Below, in pieces: positions 27,438-35,554 of a stretch of DNA of 37,757 bases. A program made the position numbers and the translations under genes. The notes beneath the pieces were generated by a model. The model searched no databases and was not told where the DNA came from. It saw nothing but the letters and a program-made list of their open reading frames with translations. Source of the DNA: Candidatus Cryptobacteroides sp. (GTDB lineage: Bacteria; Bacteroidota; Bacteroidia; Bacteroidales; UBA932); assembly GCA_051889815.1 (NCBI GenBank), contig JBJFDD010000040.1:1-37757 (forward strand), written 5' to 3'. Every line of letters begins with the position of its first letter. Position 1 is the stretch's first letter.

Positions 27438-28397
27438 ATGAAAAAAATCATCCTCTACGCAATCTCGATTGCATCAGCAGCCATCCTTGCAGCCGGATGC
27501 TGCAACACAGGCAACAATTGTTCTTCTTGTTGTGAAACCACCACAGCCTTCACCAGGAAACTTCCGGTTGGTGTCCAGCTCTACAGCGTGCGCACAGACC
27601 TGGAAAAGGACTTCTACGGCACTCTCAAGGCCATCCGCGAGATGGGCTATGCCGGAGTCGAGTTCTACGGCGAGTACTACGGCAATTCCGTTGTCCAGGT
27701 CAAGAAATGGTGCACCGAACTGGGCCTGATTCCTTTCTCCAACCATGTGCCTTTCCAGCAGATGATTGACGATGTTGACAAGGTCATCGAGGAGAACACC
27801 ATCCTCGGTGTGCAGTACATTGTCTTCCCTTACATGGATGAGGCTTCGCGCCCGGGAGTCAGCGAAGAGCAGTTCAAGGCTACCGCTGCCAAGATCGGTG
27901 AGGTCGGTGCCAAGATTGCCGAAGCCGGTTTCCAGCTTCTCTACCACAACCACGATTTCGAGTTCGTTCCTCTTGCCGACGGGAGCCTGGGCTATGACTA
28001 TCTGTTCAGCAGCAATGACAGGGCCAATCTCCAGAACGAAATCGATGTCTGCTGGGTCAGCTATGCAGGCCAGGACCCGGCTGCCTATCTTGCCAAGTAC
28101 GCCGGCAACATCCCGGTTGTGCACCTGAAGGACTACAAGCTTGAGGGCAAGCTGTCCTCCGCCCCTTATGCCCTGATCGGCATCTCGACCGACAATTCGA
28201 TGAAGGATGAGGGAGGCTGGTTCGAGTACAGGCCTCTCGGCGAGGGGCAGGTTGACATCCCGGCTGTCATCAAGGCTGCAATTGACGGCAAGGCACAGTG
28301 GCTCTGTGTCGAGCAGGATGAGCCTAGCCAGGGCCGCAGCAGGCTGGAGGGTGTTGCAAAGAGCGTCGAGTACCTCCGCAGCCTCGACCTGATGTAG
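27438..28397 (+). CDS. Sugar phosphate isomerase/epimerase (AP-endonuclease-2 TIM barrel) family lipoprotein
   Basis: Start ATG 27438 (MKKII..LAAG-C lipobox); motifs GVQLYSVR, YHNHDFEF, EIDVCW, HLKD and VEQD. Confidence 0.88.
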   Translation: MKKIILYAISIASAAILAAGCCNTGNNCSSCCETTTAFTRKLPVGVQLYSVRTDLEKDFYGTLKAIREMGYAGVEFYGEYYGNSVVQVKKWCTELGLIPFSNHVPFQQMIDDVDKVIEENTILGVQYIVFPYMDEASRPGVSEEQFKATAAKIGEVGAKIAEAGFQLLYHNHDFEFVPLADGSLGYDYLFSSNDRANLQNEIDVCWVSYAGQDPAAYLAKYAGNIPVVHLKDYKLEGKLSSAPYALIGISTDNSMKDEGGWFEYRPLGEGQVDIPAVIKAAIDGKAQWLCVEQDEPSQGRSRLEGVAKSVEYLRSLDLM

Positions 28398-28472
28398 GCG
28401 TCCATCAGGCGGGAGTCTCGCCAGCTTATGTTAAGTCCAATCTGAACCAAGTAATTGAAGTTTATCAAATTA

Positions 28473-28514
28473 ACGAAAATGAAGGTGACCAATAAGTCGC
28501 CTTCTTTCGTATTT
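28473..28514 (+). terminator. Intrinsic terminator, possibly bidirectional
   Basis: GAAGGTGAC-CAATAA-GTCGCCTTC stem with outer ACGAAA/TTTCGT arms and a T-rich tail, between convergent genes. Confidence 0.7.
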
Positions 28515-28531
28515 ATATGTATGTGACGACA

Positions 28532-28665
28532 GTGGCGGTAGGGTAAGTTTGGCTTGGTTCCGTCGGAACGCGTTCCGACTTCATCCCTCCCACGACTGCG
28601 TCGCGGGTCCCTCCCGTTCACGAGGCCACGGGCGGCCACGCCATCCAAACTTACCCTACCGCCAC
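28532..28665. repeat. 134-bp foldback element with perfect 21-bp terminal inverted repeats (MITE/REPIN-like element or structured ncRNA)
   Basis: GTGGCGGTAGGGTAAGTTTGG (28532-28552) and its exact reverse complement (28645-28665). It also has an internal 18-bp perfect palindrome (28562-28579) and hairpins at 28589-28607 and 28624-28637. Confidence 0.85.
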
Positions 28666-28676
28666 CTAAGAGTGCA

Positions 28677-31616
28677 TCAATAATGTACGCAGCGGACGAA
28701 GCAGGCGTCGGACCATTGGGCGCTGCGGCAGGCCACATTGGTATGCGGATCAGATGCGCCTTTCACAGCCATCGTCACCGGATTGGCACCGTAGGTGTTC
28801 AGGTCATAAGTGTAGTAGTTAATGTCGTGGGCGAACATTTCTGAATCGGTCGTGTAGAATTCGTTCTCCTCGTACCAGTAGATAGCGCCCTTTCTCATCC
28901 AGAGGTCGTAGAGCATCGGTAACTTCTCTGCAGTAGCAGTCGGCATCTCAAGGCTTCGCTGGGCGTATTTCAGAACGTCGCGCTTGACATTTCCATCGCC
29001 GCCCCAAGACGTAAGATACAAGTCAGATCCTTTCCTGTGTCCAAATCCGGTGGCCCCGATTGGGAAGAAGAGATGTCGACCATTTCCCCTGTCCCAGACG
29101 AAGAGGCCCTGCATTCCCTTGACGTCACCGGGGTTGATGTAGGTGTAGGCAGCGGTGGTGTTGGTGGCGGTTTCAGTGCTCTCCTCGCCGTAGAGCACGC
29201 CGTAGTAGCGCGGGAAGCTCTGGAGGGCAGTCCAGTCAGCGTATTTGGCAGGCCACCTATCGTCGTAGAAACGTCCTTTGTAGGTAGCATGTTCGTCGTA
29301 GCGGAATCCCGTAGGTCTTTCAGGATGCCAGATATCGGCGAAAGAAACATCTTCCCCGTTGTACATCCAATGGGTTTTCCCTGTAGTATAACCTTCGATG
29401 TTGAAGCCGTAACCGTCCCTTAATGCATCCTCGGGCTTGATTGCCTGAGAGGCATTGCCCCATCTGAACAGTCCTCCCTCCATAAGAGGATTCTCGCAAG
29501 GGACACCGGCATATTTCATGTTCCTGTTCATCCAGTAACAGGTGTGGGATGTGGAGGTCGCTCCGTAGACTGTTGTCTGCGGATAGGTGGTGATATTAAC
29601 ATTCATCGGCACCTCGCCGATTCCCTGGCTGACAAAGAAGTAATGGATGCAGGTGTTGTTGTTATAGGTCACCTTGACTACTCCGTGCCTGACAGTTCCG
29701 TCGGCGCAGGTGGTGGCAGGGCGGACATCGAAACGCACCTCTGAAGAAGTACCTCCGGTTACATCAGAAGTACCCCAGTTGCCGCTGCCTGTCGGGGCAA
29801 TCTGAATCCATTCGGAACCCTGCTCGATGTGGGCGGTCCAAGGACCGTCGGAAATCGTCGGGTAGAACTGCCTGTGGACGGGTCCCGTCTCGCTGTCGTC
29901 ATCTTCGTTGAGCTCCATCAGCCTGAAATTGAAAGGCTTGGTACTTGTTGCCTCACGCCAGACTCCGGCCGGATTGACGACACGCTTGACCTGGATGATC
30001 CTCACCTCCTTTGTGTAAGTCGTACCGTTTACACTCACAGAGAAACGTATCTTGCCTGTTCGGGTGTCGTGCGGGAAGTAGTTGTAGCCGGAAAGGGAAT
30101 TACCGAGAGTGAGTCCTCTTGTGTAAACCGGAATGGAATAGAGGCACCTGTCCGCAAGAACCTGTGAAGGTGAATAAGAAAGACCGTTCTTGGCGTTGAA
30201 ATCGCTCTGGCGGGCAGCCTCATCTGCCAGGTTGCCGCCGGTAGGTTGCAACGTCAGGATACCATTGAACGCCTGATAGTACAATCCGGAATACTTATGG
30301 CCCTTGTCTCCATACCAGTGGCTCTCGATGATGTCAGCCGTCACCTGGGTGGAAGAATTGGCGCCGCGCACAACAACAGGCACATTGACAGACTCGTTCG
30401 GCACATAGGAGATGTAAAGCGGGTCCGGAATGGTGATCTCAGGCTGCTCCGGCTCATAGACGATGTGCCAGTCCGGGTCATTGGCATGATTGCGGAACTT
30501 CAGGGTCACCTTGTAGTGGTTGCTGCGCTCCGCATTGAAATCCGTAGTGACATCCTTGCCAAGCATGAAACGGTAGATGATCGGTCCCTGGGAACTGTTG
30601 TCCGCAGTCCTGTTGACATAATAGCCTTTGACCTCGATGTAGGTTCCATAAGCCTTCTGGTCCTTGTCCCAGGAGGCATCGTCCGGATGGTACCCGTGCT
30701 TGGAGCCCGTACCCTGGTTGTTCTCGTAGAAGTAGAGAGCCTGCGCTGTCTCGGAATGGCCGCCGGAATATTCATAGACAGGTGAGCCCTTGGTCACGAA
30801 AGGCCAGTCCTGGACGTTCGTGGAGTTTGAATATGTCAGCATCTCCCCTTCATGGATGAGCTGGTCAGAGGCGGTCGGAGTGTTTTCCTTGCCGAGGTAG
30901 CATTCCTTCGGTATGTCCAGGATCTGGACAGACTTGAGGTAGATGTAGATGTTGTCATTCAGGTCGCTGGCATCATAGGTAACGGTCACCTTTGATGCGG
31001 CCCTCTTCACCCAGGCATGGAGGGTGCCGGAGGCCTTGTTGACCGGGATTACAGGAGCCTCGGACGGCACGACGCCGGACTCCTTGTCGGTGAAGAAACC
31101 GAACATCGGATTGTTGGAAGAGATGTCTGAGGCATTCCAGGCCAGCCTGATGCTCTTCAGGGCATCCTCATCACCGTTGAAGGACGAAAGGTCATAGTTG
31201 GCGACGGCATAGATCCGGTACTCGCCCAGAGGGAGGGTCAGCTTGAAGGTGGAGTGGCAGTAGCGGGCTTCTGCGGAACCGGCGATGGACGAAGCGTCCA
31301 TTTCTGAATTGGTGTAGGAATACCCGTTGCCTTCCGTGGTCCCGTCGAAGACCTGTACCTTGGAACGGAGTTCGCCCTTGCTGCTGTAGGCGACCACCCA
31401 GAGGTTGTCGATATGCTTGATGGCATCCCCCGCAGACCTTGTGCTGACGTCACCCAGAGGGCGGAACGACACCTCCATCGACAGCTCGCTCGTCTGTACG
31501 GCGGAAATCCCTTCCTGCGGTTCCTCGAACTCGGTGTAGACGCAGGAGATCATCAGGGAAGCGCACGAAAGCAGAAGGAATATCTTGAGTAATGCCTTTT
31601 TCATTTCCAATTTCAT
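28677..31616 (-). CDS. Large type V pilus tip/accessory lipoprotein (DUF4906-like, C-terminal Fib_succ_major/C-lectin-like domain)
   Basis: Lipobox LMIS-C, STR|S processing-like site, pilin motif IYAVANY, DUF4906-like YFYENNQG..TYIEVKGYY..YRFMLG..DFNAERSNHYKVT, and a C-terminus with LFFP..G, GAIYW and FVRCV. Confidence 0.8.
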   Translation of the reverse strand: MKLEMKKALLKIFLLLSCASLMISCVYTEFEEPQEGISAVQTSELSMEVSFRPLGDVSTRSAGDAIKHIDNLWVVAYSSKGELRSKVQVFDGTTEGNGYSYTNSEMDASSIAGSAEARYCHSTFKLTLPLGEYRIYAVANYDLSSFNGDEDALKSIRLAWNASDISSNNPMFGFFTDKESGVVPSEAPVIPVNKASGTLHAWVKRAASKVTVTYDASDLNDNIYIYLKSVQILDIPKECYLGKENTPTASDQLIHEGEMLTYSNSTNVQDWPFVTKGSPVYEYSGGHSETAQALYFYENNQGTGSKHGYHPDDASWDKDQKAYGTYIEVKGYYVNRTADNSSQGPIIYRFMLGKDVTTDFNAERSNHYKVTLKFRNHANDPDWHIVYEPEQPEITIPDPLYISYVPNESVNVPVVVRGANSSTQVTADIIESHWYGDKGHKYSGLYYQAFNGILTLQPTGGNLADEAARQSDFNAKNGLSYSPSQVLADRCLYSIPVYTRGLTLGNSLSGYNYFPHDTRTGKIRFSVSVNGTTYTKEVRIIQVKRVVNPAGVWREATSTKPFNFRLMELNEDDDSETGPVHRQFYPTISDGPWTAHIEQGSEWIQIAPTGSGNWGTSDVTGGTSSEVRFDVRPATTCADGTVRHGVVKVTYNNNTCIHYFFVSQGIGEVPMNVNITTYPQTTVYGATSTSHTCYWMNRNMKYAGVPCENPLMEGGLFRWGNASQAIKPEDALRDGYGFNIEGYTTGKTHWMYNGEDVSFADIWHPERPTGFRYDEHATYKGRFYDDRWPAKYADWTALQSFPRYYGVLYGEESTETATNTTAAYTYINPGDVKGMQGLFVWDRGNGRHLFFPIGATGFGHRKGSDLYLTSWGGDGNVKRDVLKYAQRSLEMPTATAEKLPMLYDLWMRKGAIYWYEENEFYTTDSEMFAHDINYYTYDLNTYGANPVTMAVKGASDPHTNVACRSAQWSDACFVRCVHY

Positions 31617-32719
31617 TGACCGAAGCCAGGGTTCAGAATGATTTCCTGATAAGGCCTGACATCAACTGTCCAGTCAAGCCCGTACTGGCCGATCTTGACC
31701 AGTACAACAACGTGTGTGTTGCGCGGAAGAGTGCTGACATTCGGGAAATGGTCCGAATATTCCTTCCCGTCGAATGTCATGCTCATCGAATAGTTGAGGT
31801 CGTTGCCGTCCTCGTCATATTTCCCTTCCAGGAGATAGATCGGCTCGAGAGAGGTTACTCCGTCGCCCTTGTCTCCGGTAGTGGTAATCTGTCTGTCGAA
31901 ATCCTTGCGGAAGACGTAATAGTTGCTCAAGTCGGTGTTCGGCACGGTGTAGTCAGCGACATTGAATGTTCCCTGGTACGGGTTGCCGGTGTACTCGATG
32001 CGCGGGAGATAATATTCAATGTTCGACCCCTTGCTGATGGTCAGGGCCTCGAGATTGTGTTCGAGTCCTGTGTCGTTCTGGATGAGGAAGGAGAACTTGA
32101 CAGCCGCCCTGGTGACGTAGAGGTCGGTGTGGTAGTCGCTTGACGGCATCTGCACCTCGTGGCACTCGCTCATCGGCAGGGCTGCAGAAGGAAGCTCTTC
32201 ATACAGAAGCTCGTCATCACTGGAATTGAGGGTTATCTGCAGTTCGGCAAGGTCCGTCTCAGGGAATATGCTGCCCTGGGCGATGCCATCGAAATCGAAT
32301 TTGACAATCCGCTCGGACTGGCCAGTAACCTGATTGATTCTTGTTGCAGCCTCATTTACAAAAAGATAGACTTTCTTCGTCTCCGGACCAAGCACCCGGA
32401 AAGATATGTTCTCGACATTTGTGTAGGAAGCGCCTCCTGCCGAGTAGAAATCAAGGAAGCGGTTGTGCTCCACAGTGCCGTCCGGACGGACAATCACGAT
32501 TCGGAGAGTCTGCATCTTCTCACCGGGATGCATAGCCCCGACATAGTCGGACGGATCGAGGGTAGCGCGCGCAATGGGAGCATCGGGAGTGTTGGAGACA
32601 GTGACGGAGATTGTCAGTTCAGACAACAGATTCTCATCACTCCAGATGTTGCACCCGGAGAGCAGCAGCCCGAGAAGTGCCGCAGCGAAGGTAATGAATA
32701 TGTTGCCTTTCCTTTTCAT
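31613..32719 (-). CDS. Type V pilus minor/accessory pilin lipoprotein
   Basis: Lipobox LLSG-C, AR|A site, motifs VYLFVNE, LPMS, RAAVKF and LPRNTH, and a C-terminal beta strand. Its stop overlaps the next gene's start (ATGA). Confidence 0.75.
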   Translation of the reverse strand: MKRKGNIFITFAAALLGLLLSGCNIWSDENLLSELTISVTVSNTPDAPIARATLDPSDYVGAMHPGEKMQTLRIVIVRPDGTVEHNRFLDFYSAGGASYTNVENISFRVLGPETKKVYLFVNEAATRINQVTGQSERIVKFDFDGIAQGSIFPETDLAELQITLNSSDDELLYEELPSAALPMSECHEVQMPSSDYHTDLYVTRAAVKFSFLIQNDTGLEHNLEALTISKGSNIEYYLPRIEYTGNPYQGTFNVADYTVPNTDLSNYYVFRKDFDRQITTTGDKGDGVTSLEPIYLLEGKYDEDGNDLNYSMSMTFDGKEYSDHFPNVSTLPRNTHVVVLVKIGQYGLDWTVDVRPYQEIILNPGFGQ

Positions 32720-32751
32720 CACACATTGCAGTTGATTCCACTCCCTGCGGT

Positions 32752-33762
32752 TTAAATCAGGTCAGCCTGGTTCAGTCTCACGACCCAGTCGTTGACGATG
32801 ATCCGCGCATTGTACCAGCGGTTGCCGCTGTCAAGGAAAAAGACCAGTGACCATTCACTGACCCTGTCGAGGAACTCCTGGGCTGGCATGTCCGCATAAA
32901 GCTCGCTCTTGAGGAGCAGCAGGTAGGTGTTGAGCGGAATGTTGATGATGGTCTCGCCGTTGGAGTTGTTCCGGACAATGAGGCGCGGCGAAGTTGCGGT
33001 CGTCAGCCGTGAGGTCGAGAGTTCGTAGAAGGCGGCGGAAACCGGTGTCTGTCCGTCTTCCTGCGATCCGATCACTTTTTCTCCGCTGACCCAGGGGAGA
33101 TAGGTGGTCTCTCCTGCAGGAACAGGATTGTTGTCCAGGTCAAGGGCGCTGTTGTCGTCCACGATGCGGACATCGAACTCCTCGGCCCTGATCTGTTCGC
33201 CGTTCATCTGCTGGAGCACGAAACGGATGTTGTTGGTGTTTTTCTTCAGGTAAATTGTCCCTTCGACGTATTTGTCCCTGCCGATTTCAATTTGTGTCGA
33301 ACCGTAGAAGAGAGGGTGAAGGGATTGGTCTGAAACCTGATTGTCGTGTTTAAGGACAACCCTGCTTTCGCGGGCTGCCTGAGGAGAACGGGTCGTGAAC
33401 TGCGGCGGGGCGAATGAGGTCCCGTCGCAGCACAATCCGCCATAAGCTATCAAAGTGTAATTGCCGGCCTCCAGCTGCTTAGTCATCCGCCAGGACTCGT
33501 CCTTGATGACGTCACCGGTCTCGACCCAGTTGGTGACATAGTTGCCGTCCTGGTCGAAGACATAGACGTTGACGCAATGTCCCTGCTTGTGGAAAGAGTT
33601 GACATATTCCATGTGGTAGTCATAGACAAAGCGCAATGAAACGCCCTTTGGACAGTCGCTCTGGTCGGTATAGACCGAATTGCAGGAGACAATACCGGCA
33701 ACCGCCAGAAGGGCGGCTGCCCCTCTGGTGATCACCGATGAAATTACACTTCTAAGATTCAT
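32752..33762 (-). CDS. FimB/Mfa2 family pilus anchor lipoprotein
   Basis: IVS-C...DQSDCPKGVSLRFVYDYHM, VYVFDQDG, LKKNTNNIR, QEFLDR and IIVNDWVV. Confidence 0.9.
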   Translation of the reverse strand: MNLRSVISSVITRGAAALLAVAGIVSCNSVYTDQSDCPKGVSLRFVYDYHMEYVNSFHKQGHCVNVYVFDQDGNYVTNWVETGDVIKDESWRMTKQLEAGNYTLIAYGGLCCDGTSFAPPQFTTRSPQAARESRVVLKHDNQVSDQSLHPLFYGSTQIEIGRDKYVEGTIYLKKNTNNIRFVLQQMNGEQIRAEEFDVRIVDDNSALDLDNNPVPAGETTYLPWVSGEKVIGSQEDGQTPVSAAFYELSTSRLTTATSPRLIVRNNSNGETIINIPLNTYLLLLKSELYADMPAQEFLDRVSEWSLVFFLDSGNRWYNARIIVNDWVVRLNQADLI

Positions 33763-33777
33763 GTCAGTGAACTCGGA

Positions 33778-35286
33778 TTAGAATTCAATGTTGTTGATGC
33801 GGACGGTCCAAGGAAGAACCTTGACGCTGACGGTGAAGTAGTAGTTCACGCTCTCGTCAGGATCGTCAGGCTTTACTGGATCCGGGTCCGGGTCCGGGTC
33901 CGGATCGGTCGGATCTGGAGGAGTAGGGTGGCCGAAACGATTGATTGCGTTGACTGCAAGTTTGTAGACGTTGTTTCTTACGACTGCAAACTCCATGATG
34001 CCCATCACGTTGTTGTTGAGGTTGTCGTTGTGGCGGTTCCAGTAGTAATAGTAGTTGTAGTACTTGCCGTCCTTTGCTGAATAGCCGGTGAAGCCGGCAG
34101 CGGCAGCGTTTGCGGAAACCGGATCGGTTGCACCCTCAGTCATGCCTACGATTGCCTGGTTGTAGGCGGCAGCGAGGGTAGCATCAGCATTGGAAGCGGT
34201 AGCGGCATTCTTGACGTCAGACCAGGTGCCGTACAGCGTGTTGTTGAAGACATAGATTCTCTTGCCGGTAGCCATGGCGGCCTTGACGGCGGCAGAAGCG
34301 CTTTCGCCTGCAGCGAGTTCAGCCTTGAAGACAACTCCGGTTGAGACATCATGCTTCTGTGCATCGATGCCAGGGATGGTGTTCTCCTTGGCGTAGCACC
34401 AGATCTTGTAGTCACCAGCATAGTTGTCATCCTCGTTAAGGCTTGCAAGGGAAGTCCAGGTCCAGCTAGCAGGAGCTGCAAGCTGGGCGTCGAAGTTGGC
34501 GGCAACCTTGCTTGCCCAGTCTGTGTCGACTACCCAGTTGGTAGGGATTTCAACACCACCGACAACTGCGCCATCAGCAACAGCGTCCCCACCGGCTGTA
34601 ACGCGGCGGAACATATAGTGATCCTTGCTCTGGTTGATGAGAGCGGCCTCGGTAAGGGTGAGGGTAAGACCTTCACCCATGTCGAATGCGACAGATGGCT
34701 TGTAGTCGAAACGGGCCATTGAACGCTCAACAGTGTGGGCACCGAGGTTGTAAGGAGTGTTCGGCTTGGTGTAAGGTCCGAGATCTGTAGGAAGGGGGAC
34801 AGTAGATGCTGCATAGGCATTGGTCATCCAGAAATTGTTGTCAGCTGTCATGGCGTCGACAGTGGCTTCTGAAACCTCGTCGATGTTGAAAGTAGCAGGA
34901 GCGCTGCAGTTGGCGTAGATATAGACCTTGTAGGTAGCACCGCCAACAAGCTGGAGAGAGTTGAATGAAGCGACATAGGTGTCGGCACTTGCTGCTGAAG
35001 GAGTGACGTTCCTTGAGACGAAATACTGGTCGTCCTTGACAAGGGCGATGTCGACGGTAGAGATCTTGTTCTCCTTGTCGAGACCGACTTCGGTGTCAGG
35101 AGTTTCATTCGAATTGGAGTCACCCTGGTTAGGGCCATCGGTCTGGCTCCTTGTAGAGAGCATCTTGACGGAGAACTGCATGTAGAGGTTGCCATTTGTA
35201 CCCGTGTCAGGGTTCATCGGCTCCTTGTTGCAGGAGAGCAGCGCGAACAGCGCGGCTGCTACTGTCAGAAAATGATTGAACTTCAT
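33778..35286 (-). CDS. Mfa1/FimA family major fimbrial subunit
   Basis: Lipobox LLS-C, STR|S site, motifs YIYAN, VERSMARFD, YYWNRHND and MEFAVVRNNVYKL, a Pro-Asp linker, and the donor strand VKVLPWTVRINNIEF. Confidence 0.93.
   Translation of the reverse strand: MKFNHFLTVAAALFALLSCNKEPMNPDTGTNGNLYMQFSVKMLSTRSQTDGPNQGDSNSNETPDTEVGLDKENKISTVDIALVKDDQYFVSRNVTPSAASADTYVASFNSLQLVGGATYKVYIYANCSAPATFNIDEVSEATVDAMTADNNFWMTNAYAASTVPLPTDLGPYTKPNTPYNLGAHTVERSMARFDYKPSVAFDMGEGLTLTLTEAALINQSKDHYMFRRVTAGGDAVADGAVVGGVEIPTNWVVDTDWASKVAANFDAQLAAPASWTWTSLASLNEDDNYAGDYKIWCYAKENTIPGIDAQKHDVSTGVVFKAELAAGESASAAVKAAMATGKRIYVFNNTLYGTWSDVKNAATASNADATLAAAYNQAIVGMTEGATDPVSANAAAAGFTGYSAKDGKYYNYYYYWNRHNDNLNNNVMGIMEFAVVRNNVYKLAVNAINRFGHPTPPDPTDPDPDPDPDPVKPDDPDESVNYYFTVSVKVLPWTVRINNIEF
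33881..33904. repeat. In-frame 6-bp tandem repeat encoding (Pro-Asp)n
   Basis: (TCCGGG)x3 followed by TCCGGA on the plus strand. Confidence 0.8.
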
Positions 35287-35429
35287 TGTGTTGGTTTGAA
35301 TTAATAATGATAATAATGAGTTTTTACAAAAGGAAAACAGGGCTTGCCTTCAAGGGCCGCCCCACAAAAACCGGGAAACGCATCCGGCAAGGGAAAGAGT
35401 TTCTTCATCGGATTCATCATTCTGGATTC

Positions 35430-35460
35430 CAAAGATAGTCAATAGAACGCTAATTGACAA
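35430..35460 (-). promoter_or_regulatory. Sigma-A promoter of the pilus operon (-33 TTG, -7 TATCTTTG)
   Basis: Minus strand TTG (35460-35458), a 20-bp spacer, then TATCTTTG (35437-35430). Confidence 0.7.
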
Positions 35461-35554
35461 CATCTTCCGGAGATTTCTTCTTCAATAACGGAAATTGCTG
35501 ATTCCTTTCCGGCGACATATTCCGACGAAATACTCCCATCGCGATATAAAATCG

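Noticed and set aside
28555-28590. Hammerhead-ribozyme-like look of minus-strand GAUGAA-GUCGG..CCGAC-GGAAC
   Set aside because: The core deviates from CUGANGA/GAAA (GGGAUGAA, GGAA) and I could not form stems I and III with an NUH cleavage site.
28398-28676. CRISPR array, tRNA or complete DGR cassette in this intergenic region
   Set aside because: No regularly spaced direct repeats, no tRNA T-loop or CCA features, and no template repeat or reverse transcriptase anywhere in the window.
28166-28844. ORFs crossing the 134-bp element (28166-28738 minus, 28554-28844 plus)
   Set aside because: They overlap real genes, a terminator and the palindromic element, and their composition is not protein-like.
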